From: the human T2T-CHM13v2.0 reference genome, Homo sapiens
Direction: 5' to 3' (one strand)
Assembly (NCBI RefSeq): GCF_009914755.1
Contig: NC_060932.1
DNA length: 64,000 nt
A model generated the notes under the pieces. The model was not told the origin of the DNA. It made no database searches and saw nothing but the letters and a program-made list of their open reading frames with translations. A program made the translations under genes and the position numbers. Below are positions 28,221 through 40,293 of the stretch, piece by piece; the first letter of the stretch is position 1, and each line of letters begins with the position of its first letter.

Positions 28221-29269
28221 TTTGTTAGACATCAACATTCTTTTTGCTATCTCAAAATAATTTGGAAATGTTAAAATAGCCAACGTAAGGACTATATCCA
28301 AAGAATTTGCTTACCTGGTATTCAGAGTTGGATTTTAGAAATAACTTGCCATATGTGGTTCAACTGGACAAAAACAAGCAAATATGTGATATAATAGTAC
28401 AATATAGTACATGGCCAAGTAAGAAAATGAATTATATCTTTCTATGCAATTGTATATGTATAAATATCTACCTATCTATATAATTACGTGCTATTCATTA
28501 TAAATATGTATAATTATATATAACATATATTTTCTTTTAAATAGTTACATTACTTAAGGAGGAATGTATAAACATATAATTTCCAAATATTAACATTTTG
28601 TTTGCCTTTTGTAAGTAACTTGCAAATATTATATAATCAATGTAGGTATCTACTATGAAAATGAGATTTTAATTAAAAGTTTGCCTACTTATAGAAGGAA
28701 ACATGCATATTTTATTTCCTACTTTTGCTTTGGTTGTTCAGAAATTCAATTAGTTCAATTTAATGTTTAATCATTACTCTTAGGAGTTGATATATTTGCT
28801 TGTTTTGCATCACTGATTCTAAACAGTCAAGGAAAGGCAAGCCACCCTTGGAAGGTCTTAGAGTCTCTGTGTTCATGAAATTTGTCATCAAATTATTGCA
28901 TCAGTAAAAAGCTTGAGAAACTTTTTTTTCTGTTTTGTTATCTAAACATTTAACAGCCTTGTTACGTATATGACTTGTACTGATTTATCTTATTTTCAGA
29001 AGATCAATTTATGTTGTGTATTCTTTCTTCAATAATATATACTTTCCCTTTGAAATGTTCAACTTAATTTAAAAATAATATAATTTAAAAAGTGGAGCAT
29101 GGTTTAGCTAACGAAATATATTTATTGAACATTATAACGTATAATGTGATGTAGATAAAAATATTAGTGACTGGATTTTTCCCCTGGTGAATCACAGTGG
29201 GGAGATAAGTATTTGAAGGAATCATTTCAGTACAGTGTTGTATGTATCAAGTAGTATCCACAGAGATGT

Positions 29270-29460
29270 AAAAGCTAATGGAACTCTGGAGTCAGACCAA
29301 CTGAATTTGAATTCTCAGCTTTGGAACTGACTAGTTGTGCAGTCTTTGGCAAGTGAATTAACCTTTCAGTATTTCCATTTCATTAAGCACAAAGGCATAA
29401 AGATACGAACAATTTTATATGGTAGCTGTCTGGATTACATGATTAATGCATATAACTTGC
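29270..29460 (+). mobile_element. MIR
   Basis: CTCTGGAGTCAGACCAACTGAATTTGAATTCTCAGCT...TTGGCAAGTGAATTAACCTTTC core. Confidence 0.7.
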
Positions 29461-31412
29461 TTAACCTAGAGATAGAATTATATTGTTAACTAAATATAAT
29501 TTATGACTGTGACTGAGAGCCTGGATTGGTGAGGAGGGTTGAGGATGATTTCCTGAAAAGCTGCTTTCAGAGATGATTCTGGCTCTCAGAAGCTGAATAA
29601 TAATTCTCTGAAAGAAAGGGGTTGTAGAGAAGTCCAGGAATGGAAAGGGACCAGCAGTTGATGAAGACAAATGGATGTGATGTTATAATCTGGAAATGTC
29701 TTCAGTTTTCTATGACTGAACTGTGAAGTGTAAGGTTGGGAGTGGAAAGCGGGCACTGAAGAGAGAAGCAAGAAGTTGATCATGAAAAAAACTAGTATTG
29801 TTTCTTAAAGAAAGTTTGGCTTTATCTTGTAAGTGATGAATTTAAATTAACATTTTTTTTAAAAAGAAGGTGAATTGGTGAGGTTTAATTCTGCATTGAT
29901 CTTTTCAGGGCAAGAGTTTGAGAAAGATAAAATGAGAGGCAAATAACAGATTAGGAGGCCATTGAAAATAGCACTTGATAATATAGAATAAGTTGTCCTA
30001 TAGTCAAAAGTGTTAATTTAAAGAGCTACTATTTTTGAAATAATAATACTCATTTTTCTTACTTATTTTATGGTTTAAAATTTCAGTGAGAAAAAAGTAA
30101 CCACAGGGGTACTAATTCTCATGAAAATACTATAAATGAGAGAGGGAAACTGACATTGTTAGCTGATAATATTTCTCAGAAGAAAATGGTTGCTTGCATA
30201 TTACATAAATCATTACAATGATTGCTGTATATTTTTGTAAGAAGTTTATAAACATTCTATGTGATAATTATACACATAGAGGTAAATTTAATAACATGAT
30301 TTTCCCCATTTTCTACCTGTAATAACAGTAGTAGTAACAGTAGTTGTAGTAGTAGTAGTAGAGGTCTTATTTTACAACTTATTTGGTTAGAAAAATTGGG
30401 TTAAATTTTTGAATTAAAATAATAAAATTTAAAAACATCTAGGTTCATGTCTGTCCATTTGAGTAAGCTCTTTCATCAATAATTATTTTCCTTTCTACTC
30501 TCTACATCTTCTTATGCACATTGATCGATGTAATATCATTATTGTTTTTACCTTTGAAATGTAAAGATACTGTTATTCAATAGGAAATATTGGTGTGCTT
30601 TCTTTCCTGTATAATCAATGATCCTTGTTAAAGTCATAATGCATATGTAAACTGGGAGAGTTAGAATGAGATATACAACAAGTCCAGGTACTTCCATAAG
30701 GCCTGCACTAAGTTCACAGCTCTTTTACAAACATCTTCTACTGTAATGTGGAGATAGGTAGAAATATCTTTCTGAGGTAGAAAGAGCAATGTTTTCGTAT
30801 TTGAGGAAACTGTGACATGGGCTAGTTAAATGACTTGCCCAAGGCGGTGAGACATTGAAGCATGCCTGAAATTTTTCCAGGCTTTTGACTTTGCATATAA
30901 TGTTTATTTTATTTGTTGTATTTCTGTATATCCTGAGAACAGCATAGGAAACATAATTTGAACTGTAGCTCAGACTCATACATAATTGAATTTAAACACT
31001 ATTACTGAGAATGATAAAAAGTGGTACTTTGGGCAATTTGATAATTTACTGTGAGTCAAGAGAGTTTGTCGACCCATGCCCTGAGTCAGAGCAAAGCAGG
31101 CAGAAAAAACTTCAAAAAACACAATGCCCTGGCATGACATATGCTTAATTTCTTGGGTACACTGTTTAATCTCTTCAATTGTCCCTTAAAGCAATCTATC
31201 CAATGAGTTACAGTAACAATTATCTGAAAGTTAAGAAGATTAAATAATGAATATACACAAAAGGCTAAGTATACGGCCTAGAAAATTAAGTTCTTAATAC
31301 ATATTTGGCCTTTTCTATTTATTAATCAACGTATAGCTCGTTGGCTTCTTGACAGATGCCAGAAGTGCTTGGCTTTTGATAGGTTTGTATTTCAATATAA
31401 AAATATGGCCTA

Positions 31413-31431
31413 GGGCCAGAAGGGGGCAGCA
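31413..31431 (+). promoter_or_regulatory. Candidate CTCF binding site
   Basis: GGGCCAGAAGGGGGCAGCA closely matches the CTCF core CCASYAGRKGGCRSY (one mismatch) in apparently non-repeat DNA. Confidence 0.45.
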
Positions 31432-32969
31432 GAGTACCAGTCCCCAATCCAGAAACCTGGGAGCTACCTCCTGAAGGATTTACAGTGCAGGTGAGACAAA
31501 CGCCTAGCCTTTTTGCCCGAGGTCCAGACTGGTTGGGAAAAGGATAGAAGAGCTAAAACGGTCGTAAAGATGCTTACTCAACTACACGTTAAGATATGAG
31601 AAAGTAGACATCTAAACTGAAGACTGCAGAGCCAACTAAAAATAAGGTGGTTAAGCCATGTCCTGCTGCAAATTAAGGTCATAAAAAATAGTTGATAAGG
31701 GGCAGGAATAAACCTGAAATGGGTAGGATCAGGTTCTCAGTTCTTGGCCACAAGATTCTTGTGGTATTGGAAGACCCTACACTTGCTCCTTAAACAGGGC
31801 TCCACCCTCCCTACTGAGGACAGGCTATTGTGTTGTTCAATGTGTCCAAGTCTCTCATGCCAACCTCCCTTGTGCAGTGCTTCAGGTTTGGAGTGGACAT
31901 TGCACTTACTAAAGCATTATCAATAAAGTTATGTGAGAAGTTGAGACACATTTTGGGGAAGCACGGATTCCCAGGTCAGTTTTTAAGACATTACCCTCCC
32001 AATACATTAAGTGCTAGAGATTTTACTCCTGAGGAGGGGACTCTAATGTTATAACTATTTTAATTTACATTGCTTCCTTCTTGTTTTCTCAAAGTAAATT
32101 GCCGTTGATTGACATGATGGAGACCTCTAGAGTCTAGAGTAATACATATGATGGGTCGGAATGGGGCAACACTAAGGGTTTTGACTCAAGCAATGATAAG
32201 GAAGCCTGAAAGGTATTTGAGAGACAATGGGGAAAGTAGGGGGCTCTAGGAGTTAGGTTTAGAGTGGAATCAGTTTCCCTGACTCCATTAAATCAAAGTG
32301 CTTTATGTCTTTCAGCTCTCTTGATTTAGCAAGACCAAACAGGTCATAGAATAAAAATTAGGTAAAAATAGAATGCCAGAACTCAGCCCCTGCCACACCA
32401 CGGCGCTTACACTCTAGAGCAACATCCTCCTCTGGAAATTGAAGAATCTTAGCTTCAATTCTATTATTTGCTAATTTGACTCTATGAGATCAAAGGATGG
32501 GTAATTTTAGTTCTTTTTTTTTAGTGTGACCACATTTAACTACCTCCAGAAATATATAAGCAAAAAAGGTAGACAAACTTTTCTCCTGAGGGTTATATGC
32601 TGTGTTCAAACAGAGCTGAGAAAAGGAGGTATCAACAGTTTTGGTACTATTTCTATTACCAAAGTTTTCTATTACCTTAAATTCTTTCCAGTATATGAGA
32701 TACTGAATTTATTTTCCTTAATAGAAAAACAATTTAGAAAAAATATTTTTCTAGAAAAAAATAGAAAAATATTTTGAATGACTACGTTCTGAAACACCCT
32801 CTCAGGTCAAACGCAGTGACTTGTTACTTGAGAGTAACTCTTACCTCAGATTTTTATCTCCAGGAAAAGTGTTCATCGTAGGTCTCAAGCCATTCTACTC
32901 CTAAAGTGATGATGACTTGTAACTTGTTCCCATCATATTGCAACCACTTCTAAGGTGCTTCTGCTCTTG

Positions 32970-33389
32970 GTCTTGTGGGTTGAATTGTGTTCCCTCAAAT
33001 TTCCTATGTTGAAGTCCTAACTCCCAGCACTTCAGAATGTAGCCTTATTAGGTATGGGGTTGTTTCAGAGATAATTAATTAGGATGAGAGCATTAGAATG
33101 AGCCCTAATCCAATATGACTGGTGTTCTTTTAAAATGGGGATACTTGAATACAGAGACAGACACCCACACAGGCAGAATGTCGTATGAAATTTGGAGTTA
33201 TGCTGTCATAAGCCAAGGAACTACCAGAAGCTAGAGGGAGACCTGAATAGACCTTCCCCAGCACCATCAAAGAAAGAATGGCCATTTGCTGTCAGACTTC
33301 AGGCCTCTAGGAGTGTGAGAATATATTTGTGTTATTTAAGCTGCTCAGGTTCTGCGACTTTGCTACAGCAGCCCTAGAAAACGGATTCA
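32970..33389 (+). mobile_element. MaLR solo LTR (MLT1B/C-like)
   Basis: GGGTTGAATTGTGTTCCC...GTTGAAGTCCTAAC...CCCTAATCCAATATGACTGGTGT...ACAGCAGCCCTAGAAAAC. Confidence 0.85.
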
Positions 33390-34848
33390 AAAGGGAAGAC
33401 CATATCGCCAATGAACGCTCTATTGGCTGTTAATGTGGTTTAATTCTCATGACAACATTTTCCGCAGGACTATCCCATTTTAAGAAATTGTTCCTTGATC
33501 ATTGAAATAGCACCAAAAATATAACTTTTCCATTACGTATAATTTAATTACCATTTTTGTCTTCTGATCACTGAGATAGTATTCAGCCCTATCAATGTTC
33601 CATTTAAGATTAAGTTCACGTTTTAATAATATATAATTTATAATAATTATAAACAACTTAAAAAATATATAGATCAAAAGGTATGATGTGAAGACTGAAT
33701 GAAGCAACGTGTCATCACTCTACTGATATAATTATGGCACCGTGTCTTATAAGCATTCATGGGCAGCCAACTTCACTCAACTATTCTGGGAGGCTTGGCC
33801 CAATGATACTGTCAAATTGACTGAAAGTTTGTGTAATTGTTTTCTGCACTTACATATTGATTACTTTACAAACCTTTCTTCCATATTTCATTTGATGACT
33901 TCTGATTTGCTCATCACCACAGTTATGAGACACGTGAAAAACAGTTGAATATCTTTAAGATATCTTTAAGAATTGTAATTGCAAAAAATAAAAATATGCA
34001 AGAAAATAAATTCAAAAAGTCAGTAAAGACAGTTATCTCCAGTTTTAGGAATATATAGGTGTTTATATGGTGAATTCATATATTGAACTGTGAAAGTGTA
34101 ACTCTTAATTTGTGAAATTTAACATCCCGTCTGAAAAGTATGGACTATGAATACTCTATCAACAAAGTGAATATGAGAAAGGGCTTAGTGCATCTCTCTT
34201 GGGTGGAGGAGGAATCACTCTAGGTACATTAAGCATGTCCCCCTGTGGTCCCAACAACTTCTTTTGGCTACATAACCCCAATTTACTGAGATGGCAGTCA
34301 GCCAATCTGAGATGATTGAAATGTTTACTTACTGCATAACTCTCTTTCCAATATAAAAAGGTTAGAATTTAAAATAGAAATGACATGAATCAAACCTCAT
34401 CACACTTCGGTGTTAGGGTTAGGAGTAATACAAGTAATTGGCATTTTAAATGTTGGTAATATTTAAAATAATTTTGCGTATTGGATTATCTGAGATTATA
34501 TTAAATTAAAATTTAAAATTTAAAGTGCACAGTTCATTTTAGTCTTGTAATTTCCACATGAAAATGTAATTTGACCAACACTAAACTATACTGTGATAAT
34601 CAAAAGAATTTAAGTAACTATTGTTGTAAGTTCAATCTACTAAATTCTCAAAAGTTATTTGTAAGCACTGAGGAAGGTTTTGCTTAAGTCATGCATTTGA
34701 AGAACATTAAAAAAAGTAGAATTATTAAAATTTGACACAGATTTAAATGTAAATTATAATTGGGTTATAAATGAAACTTTTCTGAAGGTGGTTTAGTCTG
34801 TTTATTTTGAATTAATCAAACAAGATTATTTTATTAGATTAATAAATT

Positions 34849-35088
34849 TTTTAAATTATACTTTAAGTTCTAGGGTACATGTGCACAACCTGCAGGTTTG
34901 TTACATATGTATACATGGGCCACGTTGGTGTGCTGCACCCATTAACTCGTCATTTACATTAGGTATATCTCCTAATGCTATCCCTTCCCCCTCCCCAGGA
35001 CAGGCCCCGGTGTGTGATGTTCCCCACTCTGTGTCCAAGTGTTCTCATTGTTCAGTTCCCACCTATAAGTGAGAACATGCGGTGTTTG
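34849..35088 (-). mobile_element. Short L1PA 3' end
   Basis: ATTATACTTTAAGTTCTAGGGTACATGTGCACAAC...; perfect 13-bp TSD AGATTAATAAATT (34836-34848, 35089-35101). Confidence 0.92.
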
Positions 35089-36609
35089 AGATTAATAAAT
35101 TAAATAACATTATTTGGACATTGTAATTATAGGAAAAGTGATGTTTCCAAGTTTTTTCTTTAACATTTTGAATATTAATTTTAAACCTAAGAAACGGTAA
35201 ATATAACTAAGAATAAAACCACCATGAACGTTATGAAATCCATTCTGACACTATGCTATAGCCAAAGTTTTATTATGAAACAAGTATTTGAAACCTAATA
35301 CTCCAGGCTTTTAGTTCTTACCTTCATAGTAATATCAAATAATGAAAAACCATGACAGATGCTGTTGTCAGGCTCTGTCAGTTTCTTCTGGGGAAAAACT
35401 TTTGAATATCAAAGCACACTCAGTTCCAGCACCTTATTTTTAGGAACTGTTACAGAACTTGTTTTTTTGACTCTAAATGTGGGAACTATTGTGGTTTGAA
35501 AAGTTGTACGTTAGGGTTTATTGCCCTGTAGCAAGATCTCTATTCTTTATGTTCTCTGAAGTATGGTTTTGAAGGAATATTATACAGCTTTCTGAAGTGA
35601 CATTGTCAATCTTACAAGGTTATCTTTTTTCCTGGGATAAGAAAGAAATTATTTTACTATTTAGTATATTGTGTGTCAAATAGACACTTGACACTCCTAC
35701 TCACAGAACAAGAGGTCTGTGGCATCAGCGTAAATTAGGAATTTTACAGAACAGTGAGTTCAGCCATTTTTCTGTTGGCCGTGATTCTTAAACGACTAAA
35801 GATGCCACTTAATGGAGTTTGAAAAATAATCTGCTTTGAAATTCTATGGTATAGTCCTACTTCTTGAATTAACTAACTCCACGGCTGAGGGTAAGCTACT
35901 TATTGATAACATTTGCTTTCTTTATCTATAATATGCATCAGTTAGACCAAGAATCAACGTGGTTTCTTTGAGCACAACCTTTTATTACTCTTGAAATTCA
36001 GAGATGTTTATGTACCTATTTTAACTCACTGTAGTTAGTTTTGAAATTCAAGACATGCATCATATATTTAATATTGGGTTTTCTTGCACACTCTGTTTTG
36101 TTTCATTTGCATTTAGTTTTCCAATTCCTACTAACTAATTGTGACTCCACTTGGCTGCCTCTCTGGAAAGAGGAAAACCAATGTAAGGAGCTTTTGTTTT
36201 GTCTGTGGAATAGAAAATCCTCTGGGCCAAGATTGGACAGTTGATGCTGGTTCATAGATATGTTTTTCAGCAAATTAATTAATTAGCTTCAACATATCTT
36301 CAAAGAAGATAAAATTATAATAATCACAATGCATTTATCCAGGTTACTGAGGGAAATTTCTTTTCTTTGTGTTTTCCTAAGGATTTCACAAATGCTGCTT
36401 AGTTGAAAATAAAGAACTACAGCAATGGGGCTTTTACATTCAAGCTCATTATAGTATAGTATGACAAAAAAGCATCTTTTAGTTTTCATTTTATGCTTTT
36501 ATCTTTCTCAGTGAATTGTGTGTTTCTTTATCTTTGTCTTCAACTTTTCAGTCCAGTGCCTGGTACAAGATACTCCATAACACTGGACAAATGAATGAAT
36601 TTGTCACCA

Positions 36610-37028
36610 TTTTCTACTTATTATTATAACATAAAAAAGTATCCCAAAACTTATGGTTTAAGCCAACAATCAAGATTTATTATCTTAGATAGTTTTTGTG
36701 GGTCATAAATTTGGACTTGGCTTAACTTGGTTGTTCTGGCTCAGATTCTTTGATGAGGTTACAATCAAGATGCCTGGATCTCTCCGTAGGACTATTTATG
36801 TGTGCTCATGTCACAGAAGCTGGCTTCTCCTAGAGTAAATGATCCCAGAGAGATCTAGGCATAATTTGTGATATCTTTTATAATCTAACCTTGAAAGTCA
36901 CATACCAGAATTTCACAGTATAGCATAGGTTAAATAGGTCAATCCTCTTTAATATCGAAGGGCACCACACAAGGACATAAATATCAGGATAAAAGGATTA
37001 TGAGGGCCATCTTGGAGGCTGGCTTATA
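36610..37028 (-). mobile_element. Old MaLR LTR (MLT1F/G/H-like)
   Basis: CCCAAAACTTATGGTTTAAG...TGTGGGTCATAAATTTGG...GGGCCATCTTGGAGGCTGGCT. Confidence 0.65.
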
Positions 37029-38148
37029 AATATTTATAGACACTTTATGTGTTACAAATATTTTCATGTTTATTAAGTCATTTTCTCATCTAACTTAAAT
37101 CATCTATATTATATATGAGGCAACTGTAGCCCAAAGAAAGGTAGTCAGTTTATTATCATTCTTAGGGGTCAAGAAGTACATTCTTAACAATCTGTGGAAA
37201 TACACGCTGAGCTGAAGAATGATATTAACAAATATTTAACTTTTTCCAACAGTTTTCCAAGCACCTGGCTGTAAAATCCTATGCATATCCAGATGAAGTA
37301 CAGAATATAAAGCATCTTTATCAATGTGAGATTTGCTTGGTTAAAGTCTTAGCTCTCAAAGGAATGAAACAAACTCAGTTAACATCAGTAAATCCTCTTA
37401 GCTTAAGTGCAAGAAGTCAATCATAGAAAAATCACAAAGCGTAAAGTAACCCATAAAATAACGCTGCCAATCTGATCTCTTAGGAAAAATAAGCAGTGGA
37501 AGGTAAAAGATGCTTTCTGAAAGCATGTGCAAACTCTCCTAGCAAAGCAAGAACAAAAAACAAATTACAGTGTATGTTTATGCTAGAATGGCTATTACCT
37601 TAAGAAAATTCAAAGCAATTTTCCATGAGAAATCAGGTCATCACATCCAAAGTAAGAACAATCGCTAAACCGATCTCAACCTTACTGATAAATAAAGTAG
37701 AGGAGGAGACCATATTCTGAACATTTAATAAAACCACACAATGAAAAGTTATATTTACTATAATCGTCATGAATTTATGAGACTCCCTGTCTGTAAGGCA
37801 GAATATGAAGATTTTCTTACCATCATAACCATCATCAACATCACAAGATCATGGCTGTACTTATTATTGATCTTTTTGCATCTTACAACTTTTCAGAATT
37901 GCAGAACATCAACACTGTCCTTTTATGAAGTGACCAATTCAGGATTGAAGGAAAGAGGTAAAACCTGACAGAAGTTTCTCAGTGTCTCAGCAGTATGTGC
38001 ATGTGCATGCACAAACAGAACCTGGACCAGTAAAAGTCCAAATAGTTGTTAGGATTAGCAAAACAAAGTCCATCTTCTTGCCAGAGAGTGTGGGGTAATG
38101 AGGTAGGGGAATCAGACACAATGGCACCAAATTTGGTGCTGCCTGTTT

Positions 38149-38303
38149 CAGTGCTTTTCACTTTTTTATAAGTGTGTAAATCACCTGGGGATCTTGTTAA
38201 ACTACAGATTCCATTTCACTACTTCTGGGGCAAGGGCTGAGAGTCAGAATTTCCTAGAAGTTCCTAGGTGATATTGACATTGGCTCACACTTTTGAGTAG
38301 CAA
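38149..38303. mobile_element. MER5-like hAT-Charlie MITE
   Basis: AATCACCTGGGGATCTTGTTAAA...CAGATTCC...CTAGGTGAT...CACACTTTTGAGTAGCAAG. Confidence 0.7.
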
Positions 38304-38709
38304 GAACTTGGTTAACTCTAACTTTGAAGTTTATTGTCTTTTTGAGTTTTTTTTTTTTTTCCCACAAAATAAAGTGGTTGGACTCAATGGTGTACAGAGA
38401 ACTTCTTCAATCTTAAAATGTTTTGAATTGTGTAACCCCTCAATACCTCTACTAAAGGTATATCAAACTATATATATCATTTGGTGATTTTGTTTGTTTA
38501 AATGTACTTAAAAAGATAAGTTGGTCCCATGCCTTTTGATGCCCCAGATAAAATTTGAATCACAGTTAAGGAAATATTTGGAATTTATGATATGTTTTCT
38601 TTTCATAATGAAACTACAAACCATAACTTCCTATTAAAGAAACATACTAAGATAATAATTGAATAACTGTACAGCAAATGCTTTGTAAATATATATGGTC
38701 TTTGTTTTT

Positions 38710-39675
38710 TTATTATTTTTTCTTTTTAAATTATACTTAAAGTTCTGGGGTACATGTGCAGAATGTGCAGGTTTGTTACATAGGTATACATGTGCCATGG
38801 TGGTTTGCTGCACCCATCAACCCATCATCTACATTAGGTATTTCTCCTAATGCTATCCCTCCCCTAGCCCCCAACCCCCAGACAGGCGCCAGTGTGTGAT
38901 AGTCCCCTCCTGGTGTTCATGTGTTCTCATTGTTCAACTCCCACTTATGCATGAGAACATGTGGTGTTTGTTTTTCTGTTCTTGTGTTAGTTTGCTGAGA
39001 ATGATGGTTTCCAGCTTCATCCATGTCCCTGCAAAGGACATGAACTCATTTTTTTTGTGGCTGCATAGTATTTCATGACGTGTATGTGACACATTTTCTT
39101 TATCCAGTCTATCATTGATGGGCATTTGGGTTGGTTCCAAGTCTTTGCTGTTGTGAACAGTGCCACAATAAACATATGTGTGCATGTATCTTTATAGAAG
39201 AATGATTTTTAATCTTTTGGGTATATACCCAGTAAGGTAATTGCTGGGTCAAATGGTATTTCTGGGTCTAGATCCTTGAAGAATTGCCACACTGTCGTCC
39301 ACAATGGTTGAACTAATTTACACTCCCACCAACTGTGTAAAAGTGTTCCTTTTTCACCACATCCTCTCCAGCATCTGTTGTTTCCTGACTTTTTAATGAT
39401 CACCATTCTAACTGGCAAAAGAAACTATCATCAGAGTGAACAGGCAACCTACAGAATGGGAGAAAATTTTTGCAATCTATCCATCTGACAAAGGGCTAAT
39501 ATCCAGAATCTACAAAGAACATAATGAAATTCACAAGAAAAAAAAAACTACCCCATCAAAATTGAGTGAAGGGTATGAACAGACACTTCTCAAAAGGAGA
39601 CATGCAGCCAACAAACATGAAAAAAAGCTCATCATCACTGATCATTACAGAAATGCAAATCAAAACCACAATGAG
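38710..39675 (-). mobile_element. L1PA with 5' inversion (twin priming): 38710-39415 minus, 39416-39675 plus
   Basis: Orientation switch at CTAACTGG|CAAAAGAAACTATC; 15-bp TSD ATGGTCTTT(G/A)TTTTT at 38695-38709 and 39676-39690 encloses both parts. Confidence 0.9.
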
Positions 39676-40090
39676 ATGGTCTTTATTTTTAAGAATGTGT
39701 TACTTATGTGTGAATACATATATATAATTTAAAACTACATATATACACAAACTATATATATTTGATATATGTATAAGTATTTTGCTTTTTTACTTTTAAA
39801 TGTCTTCTTATGAAAAGTTTGCAAACATAAACATGCAAAATGAACCTATATAACAATCGCCTAACTAAATATTCACAAATTTATTAATTTTGCTTTGTTT
39901 ACTCCTTGTTTACACTGCTAGCTAATTTTTAGAAGGGTTAGATCACTTTAAATAAATGCCAGTTGACATATAATTTATGAATATTATTTTAATTCATGTA
40001 TTACTACATTATAACCTTTTTTCAAAGACTGCTCATTCAAGACTGCATTTCATTTGTGTGAATAATTCTGTAAACAACATTGATTAAAAG

Positions 40091-40293
40091 CAGTGATGGG
40101 CTGGTAAATGTTTACCAGCTGACTCTGAAACAAAACAAAAACAAAACAAAACCCATTTGTTTGTGACAGTTACCAATTTCTGTGTGTAAATACTCCCATC
40201 ACTATCAATTTGGCATCACTAAACATCGATTTGAAAAGAGAGGCTAACAACAGTTCCCCTGAGCCAGTACAAGCTGGCTTCAGCACAGCACTG
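40091..40293. mobile_element. MER63-like hAT MITE
   Basis: TIR-like ends CAGTGATGGGCTGG ... TCAGCACAGCACTG; internal GGTAAATGTTTA, GTAAATACTCCCA, GAGCCAGTACAAGCTGGCT. Confidence 0.75.

Noticed and set aside
38124-38139. 16-bp perfect palindrome GCACCAAATTTGGTGC
   Set aside because: About one palindrome with 8-bp arms is expected by chance in 64 kb.
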